Shown here in pieces: positions 9,140 to 18,427 of a DNA stretch of 64,000 bases (its first letter is position 1; each line of letters opens with the position of its first letter). The DNA comes from Candidatus Bathyanammoxibius amoris (GTDB lineage: Bacteria > Planctomycetota > Brocadiia > Brocadiales > Bathyanammoxibiaceae), in the NCBI GenBank assembly GCA_024451685.1, contig JAMXCW010000002.1, positions 109,541 to 173,540 of the forward strand, read 5' to 3'. Below the pieces are notes generated by a model. The model was not told where the DNA came from. It ran no database searches and saw nothing but the letters and a program-made list of their open reading frames with translations. Made by a program: the position numbers and the translations under genes.

Positions 9140-10126
9140 CTACCCTTTGCTCACCTCAAACACCTCCGGGTTGACAACGTTTTTGGGTCTTTCGCCCCTG
9201 AGGCCGGCTAGCAGATTTTCGGCGGCCATTACGGCCATGTTGCGACGGGTCTCGGTGGTAGCGCTGCCGAGATGGGGGGCGAGAACCACGTTATCCAGTT
9301 CCCTCAGTCCGGGGGCTAGTTTGGGCTCTTCTTCGTAGACGTCCAGCCCCGCGCCTGCTATCTTTTTGTCCCTCAACGCCTCTACCAGCGCCTTCTCATC
9401 TACCACCGGGCCGCGGGAGGTGTTTACCAGGTAGGCGGTCTTTTTCATCAGTGAAAATTCCCTTGCCCCGATTAGATGGTATGTCTCCTGCGTCAGCGGT
9501 ACGTGCAGGGATACAAAATCACTTTCCCTGAGAAGTGTGTCCAGGTCCACCTGTTTCGCCCCCAGGTCATTCTCAAGGTCTTTCTTTTTGGAACGGCTGA
9601 AATACAATACACGCATATTGAAACCGCGGGACATCCGTACCATGGCCCGGCCTATCCTGCCCGCGCCGACAATGCCGAGGGTCTTGCCGCTCAACCCCTC
9701 GCCAAGGAGAAGCATAGGTTCCCATCCCCTGAAGCCGTTTGCCTCGCGCATCAGCCTGTCGGCCTCGACTATGCGTCTGGAGATTGAGAGCAGAAGGGCC
9801 CACGCCATCTCGGCCGTGGCATCGGTCAGAACGCCGGGAGTGTTTGTGACAATGATACTCCTGCCCGTGGCCTCCTCAACGTCTATATTGTCATATCCCA
9901 CCGCGTAGTTGGCTATGACCCTCAACGACTTTCCGGCATCCATCAGTTCTTTATCTATCTTCTCGGAGAGGAGGCACAGTATCCCATCCTTGTCCCGGAC
10001 CTTGTTGAGCAGCTCCTCCCTTGAAACGGGGTTGTGGTCTGCATAGACCTCAAGCCCGGAGCAGGCCGCACTCAAGACATCCAGCCCCTCCTGCGGTATC
10101 ATCCTCGTAACAAACACCTTGTACAT
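9140..10126 (-). CDS. D-isomer-specific 2-hydroxyacid dehydrogenase (glyoxylate/hydroxypyruvate reductase-like)
   Basis: The NAD-binding motif GIVGAGRIGRAM and the catalytic region LHVPLT...NTSRG..VDE.AL...AGAGLDV are typical of this family. I placed the start at ATG 10126 (MYKVFVTR); the track ORF extends to 10144. Confidence 0.88.
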   Translation of the reverse strand: MYKVFVTRMIPQEGLDVLSAACSGLEVYADHNPVSREELLNKVRDKDGILCLLSEKIDKELMDAGKSLRVIANYAVGYDNIDVEEATGRSIIVTNTPGVLTDATAEMAWALLLSISRRIVEADRLMREANGFRGWEPMLLLGEGLSGKTLGIVGAGRIGRAMVRMSRGFNMRVLYFSRSKKKDLENDLGAKQVDLDTLLRESDFVSLHVPLTQETYHLIGAREFSLMKKTAYLVNTSRGPVVDEKALVEALRDKKIAGAGLDVYEEEPKLAPGLRELDNVVLAPHLGSATTETRRNMAVMAAENLLAGLRGERPKNVVNPEVFEVSKG

Positions 10127-10165
10127 TGTGTACACCCCTCTCAAAAAGTCTCCTAATACCGCGTT

Positions 10166-10292
10166 GTCATTCTGAGTTTCTTGAGCGAAGAATCTGGCGT
10201 TTGTAGCGTTGGAGCTTGCTCCAACGTTGAGCGTGGCAGCAAGCTGCCACGCTACACCTTCTGCCGTTTCACTTCACGCCTGAGGCGGATGG
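10166..10292 (+). repeat. Hairpin-cassette repeat, family A copy 1
   Basis: The sequence is gtcattctgagtttcttgagcgaagaatctggcgtt-tgtagcg[ttggagcttgctccaa]cgttgagc[gtggcagcaagctgccac]gctaca... About 94 percent of it matches the reverse complement of 14135-14263 over the core of roughly 97 nt, by eye. More hairpins follow up to about 10395. Confidence 0.8.
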
Positions 10293-10573
10293 CTGTCCGC
10301 GGACAGGCCCGCTCAAAAAATAGCGGGTCCGCGCCCCTGGTGTGAGACAAACCCTATCCCTACGCCGCCTGATGCAGCAAAGAATGACACTTGGGGTATT
10401 TTGCAGAGGTCTCTATATATTAACCAGAGGCACGCCGGGGTGCAAGGTGCTGGGGCGTAAAGTTTTTTGCTTCCATTATTGGAAGAGGGTGTAATTTATT
10501 TATGTGTAATGTATATTACAGGCCGCCCGTCGTGGTTTCTCGACGCGCGGAAAAGGAAAGGAAGGAATAGATA

Positions 10574-11155
10574 ATGGCCGCAGAAACTAGGGAGTTCAAT
10601 ACATTCAGCGCCCCCCTGAGACGGCTGATCATTGTTCTGGTGCTGGCAGGTCTTGCCTTTGCCTTATTGAATGGCGTGTGGAACGTGTGGATGTACTCGC
10701 TGGTCAAGCCGCTTCCCCACGTTATGGAGGGTGTAGAGATAAAGGGGCGCGAGGTTTTGATCCAGTTGCTTATAGCCAGTTACATGGGAGGCCTCGGGAG
10801 CATAATCTTCTGCCTGAAGTCCCTGTCGGAGCCTGTGACTACTCAGGAAGAAGGGACGGACTGGGCCTACCTGTTCCGTCCGATATATGGAGCGGTAATG
10901 GCCCTTGTATTTTTCATGCTAATAAGGGGAGGGCCAATTGCCTTCACCGGCGGCAACGCAGAGTTATCCTGTATGGCCGGGGCGTCAACGGGGCAGGACG
11001 ATAGTCAGACACTGATGCAGCTTGACCTGCTACGCGCGTATGCCGGCGGTATAGGCGGTCTGGTCAGGATGTTTGCCCATGAGGGTATGGATAAGCTCCA
11101 AGAGGTCTCTGAGACGCTGTTTGGCCGGGGCGGAAGAAGTAGATATCAACGCTGA
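10574..11155 (+). CDS. Hypothetical integral membrane protein
   Basis: The 193-aa ORF has about four predicted TM segments. I recognise no family. Confidence 0.5.
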   Translation: MAAETREFNTFSAPLRRLIIVLVLAGLAFALLNGVWNVWMYSLVKPLPHVMEGVEIKGREVLIQLLIASYMGGLGSIIFCLKSLSEPVTTQEEGTDWAYLFRPIYGAVMALVFFMLIRGGPIAFTGGNAELSCMAGASTGQDDSQTLMQLDLLRAYAGGIGGLVRMFAHEGMDKLQEVSETLFGRGGRSRYQR

Positions 11156-11347
11156 TTAGACCTCAAGGTAGTGTTATCTGTGCGGTGAAGGCGGGGGTAT
11201 TACGGTTGCGGGGTCACTAATCACATTGGCCGGCGCTTTGCCGTCCGGCTCCTTCCCCGGTTTGGTTTACGGCCCTTGTTGATCTTGACCCTCCTGCTCC
11301 ACTTGAGATGGTCTCTCTTCTTATCCTTCCCCATCGGCTACGGTTCT

Positions 11348-11563
11348 TTATCCTTCCTTCTTCTGCGTCTCTTCCTCTAGCTTTTTCTTGGCCTCTTTGG
11401 TAGCAGCCTTATCCACATCATCTTCTATGCCCTGGACGCCCTTCTTGAATTCAACAATGCCCTTGCCCAAGGACCTCATGACGTCTGGAAGCCGCTTGCC
11501 AAAGATAAGAAGCGCGACGACAAGGATAACTATCCATTCCCAGCCACCCGGCATACCAAACAT
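11348..11563 (-). CDS. tatA: Twin-arginine translocase subunit TatA/E
   Basis: MFGMPGGWEWIVILVVALLIFGKRLPDVMRSLGKGIVEFKKG is a canonical TatA TM helix plus amphipathic helix. A GGGAGGA RBS lies upstream of ATG 11563. The longer track ORF (to 11665) is treated as an artefactual extension. Confidence 0.88.
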   Translation of the reverse strand: MFGMPGGWEWIVILVVALLIFGKRLPDVMRSLGKGIVEFKKGVQGIEDDVDKAATKEAKKKLEEETQKKEG

Positions 11564-11752
11564 GGGATGTCCTCCCAAAAATTGCGAGATTCTAAATAAA
11601 TAGACAGAACCTCTAGGCGTTGTACAATTCTGCCCTACAACTGGATATTTACAACTGTATCCCACATTTTAACTTATGCGGTGATATTGTCAACTTCTTT
11701 TATCCAAGGCGGCGGTATTGTATTAGATACTCTGTTACTACTTATAGTAATG

Positions 11753-12769
11753 TCACTTACGTCTTTTTTTTACGGGCCCGCGCTCTCGAAGGAGCTCAAG
11801 CACCCCCTCCATATCCCCGGGAAGCTCAGCCTGGAACGAGACCCTTTTTTTCAGTTCTGGGTGAAAAAACTCCAGCTTGTAGGCATGCAGGGCCTGCCTG
11901 TCCAATACCGGTTGCTCGTGCGGTTTTGGCTTCTCCCCAAATATCTCTGACCGATACAGGCAGTCACGTTTGTTATAATCCGCGTCTGCGACTATCGGGT
12001 GGCCTATCGCCTTCATGTGTACCCTTATCTGGTGGGTGCGGCCCGTCTTGGGCATGACCCTCACCAGCGTGAAATCACCAAACCGCTCCATTACTTCATA
12101 AATACTCGAGGCCGCCTTACCCCCGTCGTGCCTGACGGCCATCTTGAGCCGGTTAACGACATGCCGCCCTATCGGCAGCTCTATCAGGTCTGAATCCAAT
12201 TCTATATCACCCTCCACCAACGCGATATATTCCTTATTTACCGTACGCGACATGAACTGTCTGGCAACGTCGTTGTGGACCATGTCACTCTTTATTACCA
12301 GCATAACGCCGCTTGTGTCCCTGTCGAGACGGTGGACTATCCCCGCTTTCAGGGGTCCGCTGGCGGAGGAGAGTTCCTTCACATGAAAGGCCAGCGCGTT
12401 TACAAGCGTGCCGCTCATGTTGCCGGGTGCCGGATGGACAACCATGCCAGGCGGCTTATTAACCGCCATAATGTAATCGTCTTCGTAGATGATGTCGAGC
12501 GGGACGTCTTCTGGTTCTATCTTATTTTCCACTACGGCGGGAGGTTCCAGCGTTACCGTATCCCCGTATTTTATTACGTAACTGCTCTTTGCAGTCCGGC
12601 CGCCAATCTTGACGGAGCCTTCCTTTATGAGTCTCTGGATAAGGGAGCGGGAATACTGTGGGAACCGCGCGGCCAGGTATTTGTCCAGCCTTCTGCCCGC
12701 GTATATCTTTCTCTTGACTACGAATTCAAATTCCTTCTCTTCTGTAATGTCTTGTGTTTCCCGGGACAT
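11753..12769 (-). CDS. rluD: RluA/RluD-family 23S rRNA pseudouridine synthase
   Basis: There is an N-terminal S4 domain (RLDKYLA), the catalytic HRLDRDTSG motif, and GRTHQIRVH. Confidence 0.9.
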   Translation of the reverse strand: MSRETQDITEEKEFEFVVKRKIYAGRRLDKYLAARFPQYSRSLIQRLIKEGSVKIGGRTAKSSYVIKYGDTVTLEPPAVVENKIEPEDVPLDIIYEDDYIMAVNKPPGMVVHPAPGNMSGTLVNALAFHVKELSSASGPLKAGIVHRLDRDTSGVMLVIKSDMVHNDVARQFMSRTVNKEYIALVEGDIELDSDLIELPIGRHVVNRLKMAVRHDGGKAASSIYEVMERFGDFTLVRVMPKTGRTHQIRVHMKAIGHPIVADADYNKRDCLYRSEIFGEKPKPHEQPVLDRQALHAYKLEFFHPELKKRVSFQAELPGDMEGVLELLRERGPVKKRRK

Positions 12770-12783
12770 AACACTCTTGTGGA

Positions 12784-13446
12784 TTATTGCATGTTTTCCA
12801 GGCGGAACTGCGCAAGCTTAGCGGGCCAGCTGTCCGGCGCGAGCTTTACAGCCTCTCCATAGACCTTAACAGCCTCTTCCTTCCGGCCCAGCTTTTCATA
12901 GCACCTGCCAAGGTCCCATTTCTCCTGGGCCAGCAGGGAGGGCCCGTCTGCCGGCGCGTTACCATTAAGATACACTACCGCCTCGTCCAGGCGGCCGTTT
13001 TCCTCGCAGGCATAACCGAGGGACTGCCTGACCAGGGGAGCCAGGGGATGGTCACCGTAGCTGCCCAGAAACTGCTTGTAGGTCTCTGCGGCATCAGCAT
13101 ATTCCTTCGCGCCATACTGCGCATTCCCGAGTTCGAACACTATCCAGGGCCTGGTCTTTTTGGGGGCGGTGCCCTGTTCCAGAAGGAACTTGTATTGCTC
13201 AATCGCACTTGTAAACGTCTGTTTCTCGGCACTCTCATCCTGAAACTTAGCGACACTTGTATCCAGCGCAAGCGCACCTATTTTGGCCCAGGCGGCTTCA
13301 TACTCCTTCTCGCGTTTATCAACATAGGTTACCGTAACGATAGTAATCGCCGAAACGAATATTACCGTCAGCACGACAGTGATCTTATGTTCGAGCATCC
13401 AGTCCAACGCCTTTTGCCCGGCTTCTATTATCTCTTCGGGTGTCAT
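12784..13446 (-). CDS. Membrane-anchored TPR protein (YfgM-like architecture)
   Basis: The 220-aa ORF has a single N-terminal TM helix followed by TPR-like repeats. Confidence 0.65.
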   Translation of the reverse strand: MTPEEIIEAGQKALDWMLEHKITVVLTVIFVSAITIVTVTYVDKREKEYEAAWAKIGALALDTSVAKFQDESAEKQTFTSAIEQYKFLLEQGTAPKKTRPWIVFELGNAQYGAKEYADAAETYKQFLGSYGDHPLAPLVRQSLGYACEENGRLDEAVVYLNGNAPADGPSLLAQEKWDLGRCYEKLGRKEEAVKVYGEAVKLAPDSWPAKLAQFRLENMQ

Positions 13447-14105
13447 TACTTAAGGGACTCCTTCCGGCCGTGAAATAATCTCTCCGTTTCACCAAATAGC
13501 TCCCGTACCTCGTCCGGCCCAAGCCCGGCCCCCATCGCCACCTTCTCCGCCTCGGACCTGTTAAGCAGGTCTCCAGGTGAGTGCGCGTCAGAACCAAATA
13601 CCAGTACGGCACCGGTCTCTCTGGCCATGCCGGCGACGTGCCCGTTAGTCAATGAGTGGCCCTTCCTGGCCGATATCTCAAGCCCCACTCCGAGCTTGGC
13701 CGCAAGGGCGGCATCCTCCTCACTTATCAGGCCCGGATGTGTAAGTACGTCGGCCTCCGACTCAATACCGGCACGGTTGGTACCCTCTATAACGGGCTCT
13801 ACAATGGTCTCCCCATGAACCAGCACCATCTCCGCACCCAGTTCCTTCGCACGAGCCACAAGGCCGCGCACCTCAGAAGGCATTATATGGGTAAGCTCCG
13901 CCCCCGGCTTCACTACCAGCTTCATGACCTTGTTCAGTTGCCTGGACACCTCAACAAGTCGAGGAATCACAAAGTCTATATTTGACGCGTCTACGTGGTC
14001 CGAGATTACCAGACCCTTAAGACCCAGCACCTCCGCCCTGCGCGCAAGCTCCGAAGGCAGTAACTCTCCATCTGATAATATGCTGTGGGAATGTAGATCA
14101 AACAT
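13446..14105 (-). CDS. PHP-domain metal-dependent phosphoesterase
   Basis: MFDLHSHSILSDG...VISDHVD...VHGE...GSDAHSPGD matches the His/Asp pattern of the PHP family. Confidence 0.8.
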   Translation of the reverse strand: MFDLHSHSILSDGELLPSELARRAEVLGLKGLVISDHVDASNIDFVIPRLVEVSRQLNKVMKLVVKPGAELTHIMPSEVRGLVARAKELGAEMVLVHGETIVEPVIEGTNRAGIESEADVLTHPGLISEEDAALAAKLGVGLEISARKGHSLTNGHVAGMARETGAVLVFGSDAHSPGDLLNRSEAEKVAMGAGLGPDEVRELFGETERLFHGRKESLK

Positions 14106-14134
14106 AACGGTCTGTATCCATAAATAAGAAATCT

Positions 14135-14263
14135 GAACAATTGTCCTCCTGAGGGAGTGAAACGACCGAAGGTGTAGCGTGGCAGCTTGCTGCCACGTTC
14201 AACGTTGGAGCAAGCTTCAACGCTACAAACGCCAGATTCTTCACTCAAAAAACTCAGAATGAC
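14135..14263 (-). repeat. Hairpin-cassette repeat, family A copy 2 (inverted relative to copy 1)
   Basis: The reverse complement reads gtcattctgagttttttgagtgaagaatctggcgtttgtagcgttgaagcttgctccaacgttgaacgtggcagcaagctgccacgctacaccttc..., matching 10166-10292. Confidence 0.8.
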
Positions 14264-14375
14264 ACTCTATGACATTTATAACAAGTAATTATATAAGACC
14301 TTTTCTCCACCCGCAAGATAAATCATTCAGGCGTAGCAGGTTATGCGCCGGCAAAATTCTGTGGGTACGGGTGCA

Positions 14376-14405
14376 TTGCAATATACCCCTTTTAATTATT
14401 ATAAT
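14376..14405 (+). promoter_or_regulatory. Putative sigma70-type promoter for hutI
   Basis: TTGCAA (14376-14381), an 18-nt spacer, then TATAAT (14400-14405), 57 nt upstream of the start at 14462. This is pattern match only. Confidence 0.35.
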
Positions 14406-14461
14406 ACTCAAGATGAGAAACAGGGTTTACAGGCATCCTAATACCTCTATGGAATCCAGAT

Positions 14462-15742
14462 ATGGTTGACCCGGCAGATTTAGTTATTATGAACGCAGGT
14501 GAGGTGCTCACCCTTCGTGGGGCATCGCGTGTACCCAAAACGGGCGCACAGATGGACGACCTGGGCATTATCCGCAACGGCGCGCTGGCCATCAAGGACG
14601 GCAACGTGGTGGACGTCGGAACTAATGATGAGATAAACAAGAGATACGTGGTTGATGCCCTGGAGTCGATTGACGTAGGCGGCAAGGTGGTCATGCCGGG
14701 GTTCATTGACCCGCACACCCACGCAGTCTTCGGCGGTTCCCGGATAGAGGAGTTCGAACTACGCTCACAGGGCAAGCGCTACCTTGACATTCTGGGAGAG
14801 GGAGAGGGCATACTCAGTACCGTCAAAGCTACCCGCAAGTTGTCCCTGGAAGAGCTTGTTAGCACGACCATGCCGTATCTCGACAACATGCTCGTGTACG
14901 GTACCACTACGGCGGAGATAAAGAGCGGTTACGGACTCAGTCTGGATGAGGAGTTGAAGATACTCTGGTCCATAGAACGCCTCGACGAAATACACCCTCT
15001 TGACATCATCTCTACCTTTCTGGGAGCACACGCAGTACCGAAGGAGTTCAAGGACAACAAAGAGGGTTATGTCAAAGAGGTTTTGGACATGCTCCCGGTA
15101 GTGAAGGAAAGGAGTCGCGCAAGGTTCTGTGACGTCTTCTGCGACGAGGGGGCGTTCTCGCTTAAAGACACAAAAAGGATACTGGGTGAGGCAAAAAGCC
15201 TGGGTTTCCGCATCAAACTCCACACATGCGAGTTTGAGGATCTGGGGGGTGCATTCCTGGCCGTGAAGCTCGACGCCGTCTCGGTTGACCACCTCGACCA
15301 TGTCAGTGAAGACGGTATTAAGGCCCTGGCCAAAGAGAGGATAACGGGCGTGCTCCTGCCGGGTGTACCGTTCTTTTTGGGACTAGAGAACGAGACCCAG
15401 GCAAGGCGAATGATTGAAATGGGGCTGCCGATAGCCCTTGGAACGGACTTTAACCCCGGCTCCAGCCCTACCGTAAGTATGCAGATGATAATATCCCTTG
15501 CATGTCTGGAGATGGGATTAACGCCGGCGCAGGCGATCTGTGCCTCAACAATAAACGCCGCCCATGCCCTGGGCATGGGAAGGCGCGTGGGAAGCCTCGA
15601 ACCTGGCAAGTGGGCGGATATTATTGTACTGGACATACCCAGCCATAAGCACCTCCCCTACGAATTCGGCATGAACAACGTGAACATGGTGATAAAGGGT
15701 GGGAAGATAGTCGCGGAGGGTAAAAGGATAATACGTAAGTAG
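14462..15742 (+). CDS. hutI: Imidazolonepropionase (amidohydrolase superfamily)
   Basis: GFIDPHTHAVFGGSRIEEFELRSQGKRYLDILGEGEGILSTVKATR and the later HxxE/DxNPGS motifs match HutI as I remember it. Confidence 0.85.
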   Translation: MVDPADLVIMNAGEVLTLRGASRVPKTGAQMDDLGIIRNGALAIKDGNVVDVGTNDEINKRYVVDALESIDVGGKVVMPGFIDPHTHAVFGGSRIEEFELRSQGKRYLDILGEGEGILSTVKATRKLSLEELVSTTMPYLDNMLVYGTTTAEIKSGYGLSLDEELKILWSIERLDEIHPLDIISTFLGAHAVPKEFKDNKEGYVKEVLDMLPVVKERSRARFCDVFCDEGAFSLKDTKRILGEAKSLGFRIKLHTCEFEDLGGAFLAVKLDAVSVDHLDHVSEDGIKALAKERITGVLLPGVPFFLGLENETQARRMIEMGLPIALGTDFNPGSSPTVSMQMIISLACLEMGLTPAQAICASTINAAHALGMGRRVGSLEPGKWADIIVLDIPSHKHLPYEFGMNNVNMVIKGGKIVAEGKRIIRK

Positions 15743-15861
15743 TTGTTCACCCCCACCTGCACCTACTCTGCCACTGCACGGACAGGCGTTCAGTTGTTAC
15801 CGTAGGGGAAGTCGGCGAGACAGGAGACAAAGAAGGTAAGGGTCGCGGTAGATACCTCAGA

Positions 15862-17856
15862 CTACCACGACGGCGTGCTGTCTTTGTCGTCATACGGGTC
15901 ATAAGCAATTGTGGGTTCTTCCCGGATATCATCACCTGAAGCGGAGGAACCCTCCTTAACGGGCTCCTCCCTCTCAAGAAACTGCAGCTGAAAGAGTTTT
16001 GCGTAAAGATTACCCTGGGACACGAGCTCGTCATGCGTGCCTATCTCTGTTATCCTTCCCTTATCCAGTACGGCGATAATATCCGCGCTCAGTACGGTTG
16101 AGAGCCTGTGGGCAATAACAAAGGTTGTCCGGTTTTCAACCAGCTTGTAGATGGCTTCTTGTATTAGCTTTTCCGTTTCGGCGTCCACCGATGATGTCGC
16201 CTCGTCCAGGATGAGTATCCGCGGGTCTGCCAGAATGGCCCGGGCGATGGCTATCCTCTGTTTCTGTCCCCCTGAGAGTTTTATCCCCCTTTCTCCTACG
16301 ACCGTATCGTATCCTTCGGGAAGTTCGGTAATAAACTGCTGTGCGCCGGCTGTCTCTGCCGCGCGTACTACATCCTCCTCCGCGGCCTCGGGTCTGCCGT
16401 ATTTGATATTGCTTCTCACCGTATCGTTAAACAAAAACGGCTCCTGCAGTACCATGGCCATCTGCCGGCGAAGCGATTTTGAATTGATTTGTTTGAGGTC
16501 ATGACCGTCTATCAGAATTTTTCCCCGTGTAGGGTCATAGAACCTGGGTATAAGATTGGTCAGGGTGGTCTTTCCGGCACCGCTCGGACCCACCAGCGCG
16601 ACCATCTGGCCGGGACGGGCCTCAATGCTGATGTCCTTAAGCACCTCCGTCCCGTTCGGGTAGCTGAAGTATACGTTCTTAAACTCCACATGGCCCCTGA
16701 CCCTGGAAAGTTCTACGGCGTCCGGGGCATCCTGCAGGGTCACCGGTGCGTCCAGCACCTCGAAAATCCTCTCCGTAGAGGCCAGCGCACGCTGCATCTG
16801 GTTGTAGAACCTGCTCAGGCCCGAGATAGGCTCATAGACCATGCGCAGATACGGGAAGAATATTACGAACATCCCTGCGCTCATCTCTCCGTTGAGCACC
16901 TTATAACCACCCACACAGAGCACGATAACCGCCCCGGTCTCGGTAAACAGGTCAACTATCGGCCTGTACGTGGTGAACATACGGTAGATGCGCACATGCA
17001 GCCTGTAGTTCTCCTCGTTCTTCAGCCTGAACCGCTCCATCTCCCTGTCCTGCCGCGCAAAGCCCATAATAACCCTGATACCGGAGATGTTGTCATGTAT
17101 GAGCGCGTTCATTTCACCCACCTTGTCCCTGAGCTCACGATAGGTCCTGCGAATCATCCTGCCGAAACTGTATGTAATGATTACCATAAACGGCCCGACC
17201 GCCAGGGCAAGCGTGGTAAGCTGCCAGTCCCACTGGAAACAAAAAAACAGTACCCAGCCCAACTTAAACATGTCGGTTATAAACGTGGTCACGGGGACAA
17301 CCACCACCTGCTCCAGGGAATTCACGTCGTTCACCACCCTGCTCATAATGTCGCCGGTACTCTTATCCTCAAAATAGCTCAGCGGCATGTCCTGGACGTG
17401 TTGATAGACCTCATTTCTCATGTCGTATATAACCCTTTGCCCCACTCCAGACATAAAATACCCGTGTGCAATGGCTATCAGACTGGTGAACGCCTGCAAC
17501 AGAAAAAATGCGGCTGCCAAAACAAGGAAGGTCAAGTAGTCGGGGTCCACGGACGGGAACCATTCCCGCCCAACGTACAGGGTAGCTGACTTTAGCGGTG
17601 CGGTCAGGGGTATCTTACTTTCCACGGATATGTTAGCAGCTGCGCCCTCTTCCCCTGAGGTGACCGATACTACTCCCTCCATTACGTTCAACTTATCTAC
17701 GGCAATTCCAAGTATCTGTGTGGGAAGTACCGATATCAGCGCGCCGAGCAAGGAGAAAGAGAGCACCAGGAGCACCGTAGGCCAGTAGGGTATTGCGTAG
17801 CCGAGAAGCCTGCGATATGAATTCTGTGTCTGCTGGGGCATATGGGTGGGGTCCAA
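15862..17856 (-). CDS. ABC exporter, fused permease/ATPase (MsbA/multidrug type)
   Basis: The 664-aa ORF has a six-TM exporter domain followed by Walker A GPSGAGKTT, the signature LSGGQKQR and Walker B ILILDEATS. Confidence 0.9.
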   Translation of the reverse strand: MDPTHMPQQTQNSYRRLLGYAIPYWPTVLLVLSFSLLGALISVLPTQILGIAVDKLNVMEGVVSVTSGEEGAAANISVESKIPLTAPLKSATLYVGREWFPSVDPDYLTFLVLAAAFFLLQAFTSLIAIAHGYFMSGVGQRVIYDMRNEVYQHVQDMPLSYFEDKSTGDIMSRVVNDVNSLEQVVVVPVTTFITDMFKLGWVLFFCFQWDWQLTTLALAVGPFMVIITYSFGRMIRRTYRELRDKVGEMNALIHDNISGIRVIMGFARQDREMERFRLKNEENYRLHVRIYRMFTTYRPIVDLFTETGAVIVLCVGGYKVLNGEMSAGMFVIFFPYLRMVYEPISGLSRFYNQMQRALASTERIFEVLDAPVTLQDAPDAVELSRVRGHVEFKNVYFSYPNGTEVLKDISIEARPGQMVALVGPSGAGKTTLTNLIPRFYDPTRGKILIDGHDLKQINSKSLRRQMAMVLQEPFLFNDTVRSNIKYGRPEAAEEDVVRAAETAGAQQFITELPEGYDTVVGERGIKLSGGQKQRIAIARAILADPRILILDEATSSVDAETEKLIQEAIYKLVENRTTFVIAHRLSTVLSADIIAVLDKGRITEIGTHDELVSQGNLYAKLFQLQFLEREEPVKEGSSASGDDIREEPTIAYDPYDDKDSTPSW

Positions 17857-17867
17857 ATCAACAAATC

Positions 17868-17917
17868 TTCAACCTCCCCCTGCTTCGCAGAGGATGGAAG
17901 CAGGGTGGGAGGTTGAA
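17868..17917. terminator. Long imperfect hairpin between convergently spaced minus-strand genes (terminator or REP-like)
   Basis: ttcaacctccccctgcttc-gcagaggatg-gaagcagggtgggaggttgaa lies 15 nt downstream of the 17932 stop on the minus strand. Confidence 0.4.
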
Positions 17918-17931
17918 AGAAAACTACACTT

Positions 17932-18213
17932 CTAACATTTGTATCTCTTTATGTTGTGGTCCTTAACGTACTGTCCTGCCTTCGCTATGAGCTTCTTGTG
18001 GTCTGGATTTTCCATCCAGGCGGCGATGCTATCCTCGTTGTCCCACTCTGTCAGGACCATATATTTGTGCTTCTCGCCCACCGGGACAAATGCCGTTGCG
18101 CTCTTTAGCCCCTTCTGTTTCAGCGCGATCGGAAAAATCGCCATAACATCCGCCACGAAGGCCTGTTCTTGCTCAGGATGTACCTCGATGTTGAACACGC
18201 TTAATACGGCCAT
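17932..18213 (-). CDS. ABM (antibiotic biosynthesis monooxygenase-like) domain protein
   Basis: This small ferredoxin-like ORF (MAVLSVFNIEVHPEQEQAF...VLTEWDNEDSIAAWMENPDHKK) fits ABM-domain proteins. A GGAGGAG RBS precedes ATG 18213. Confidence 0.7.
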   Translation of the reverse strand: MAVLSVFNIEVHPEQEQAFVADVMAIFPIALKQKGLKSATAFVPVGEKHKYMVLTEWDNEDSIAAWMENPDHKKLIAKAGQYVKDHNIKRYKC

Positions 18214-18427
18214 TTTCTCCTCCTCTATCCTAAAATCATGAATTTGACCCAACGCAGGGCCTCAAATATACAACTAATGTCCAGATTATTTCATCCAAGT
18301 CAAGCTTAATCTTTTTGTCTTCTCCTGTATACTTATACTTTTAAAATTGAGCGGTAAAATGTAGAATGAATAGGAAGCGGGATAGGTTCCACGTATATCT
18401 TTCTTGATATAGGAGTTAAGTAAATCA

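Noticed and set aside
16489-17589. A 366-aa plus-strand ORF, with other long ORFs at 16151-16504 and 17177-17377, lying opposite the ABC exporter gene.
   Set aside because: It lies entirely antisense to a strongly supported ABC exporter (Walker A/B, signature motif). The translation is His/Pro/Arg-rich with no motifs. This is a typical shadow ORF.
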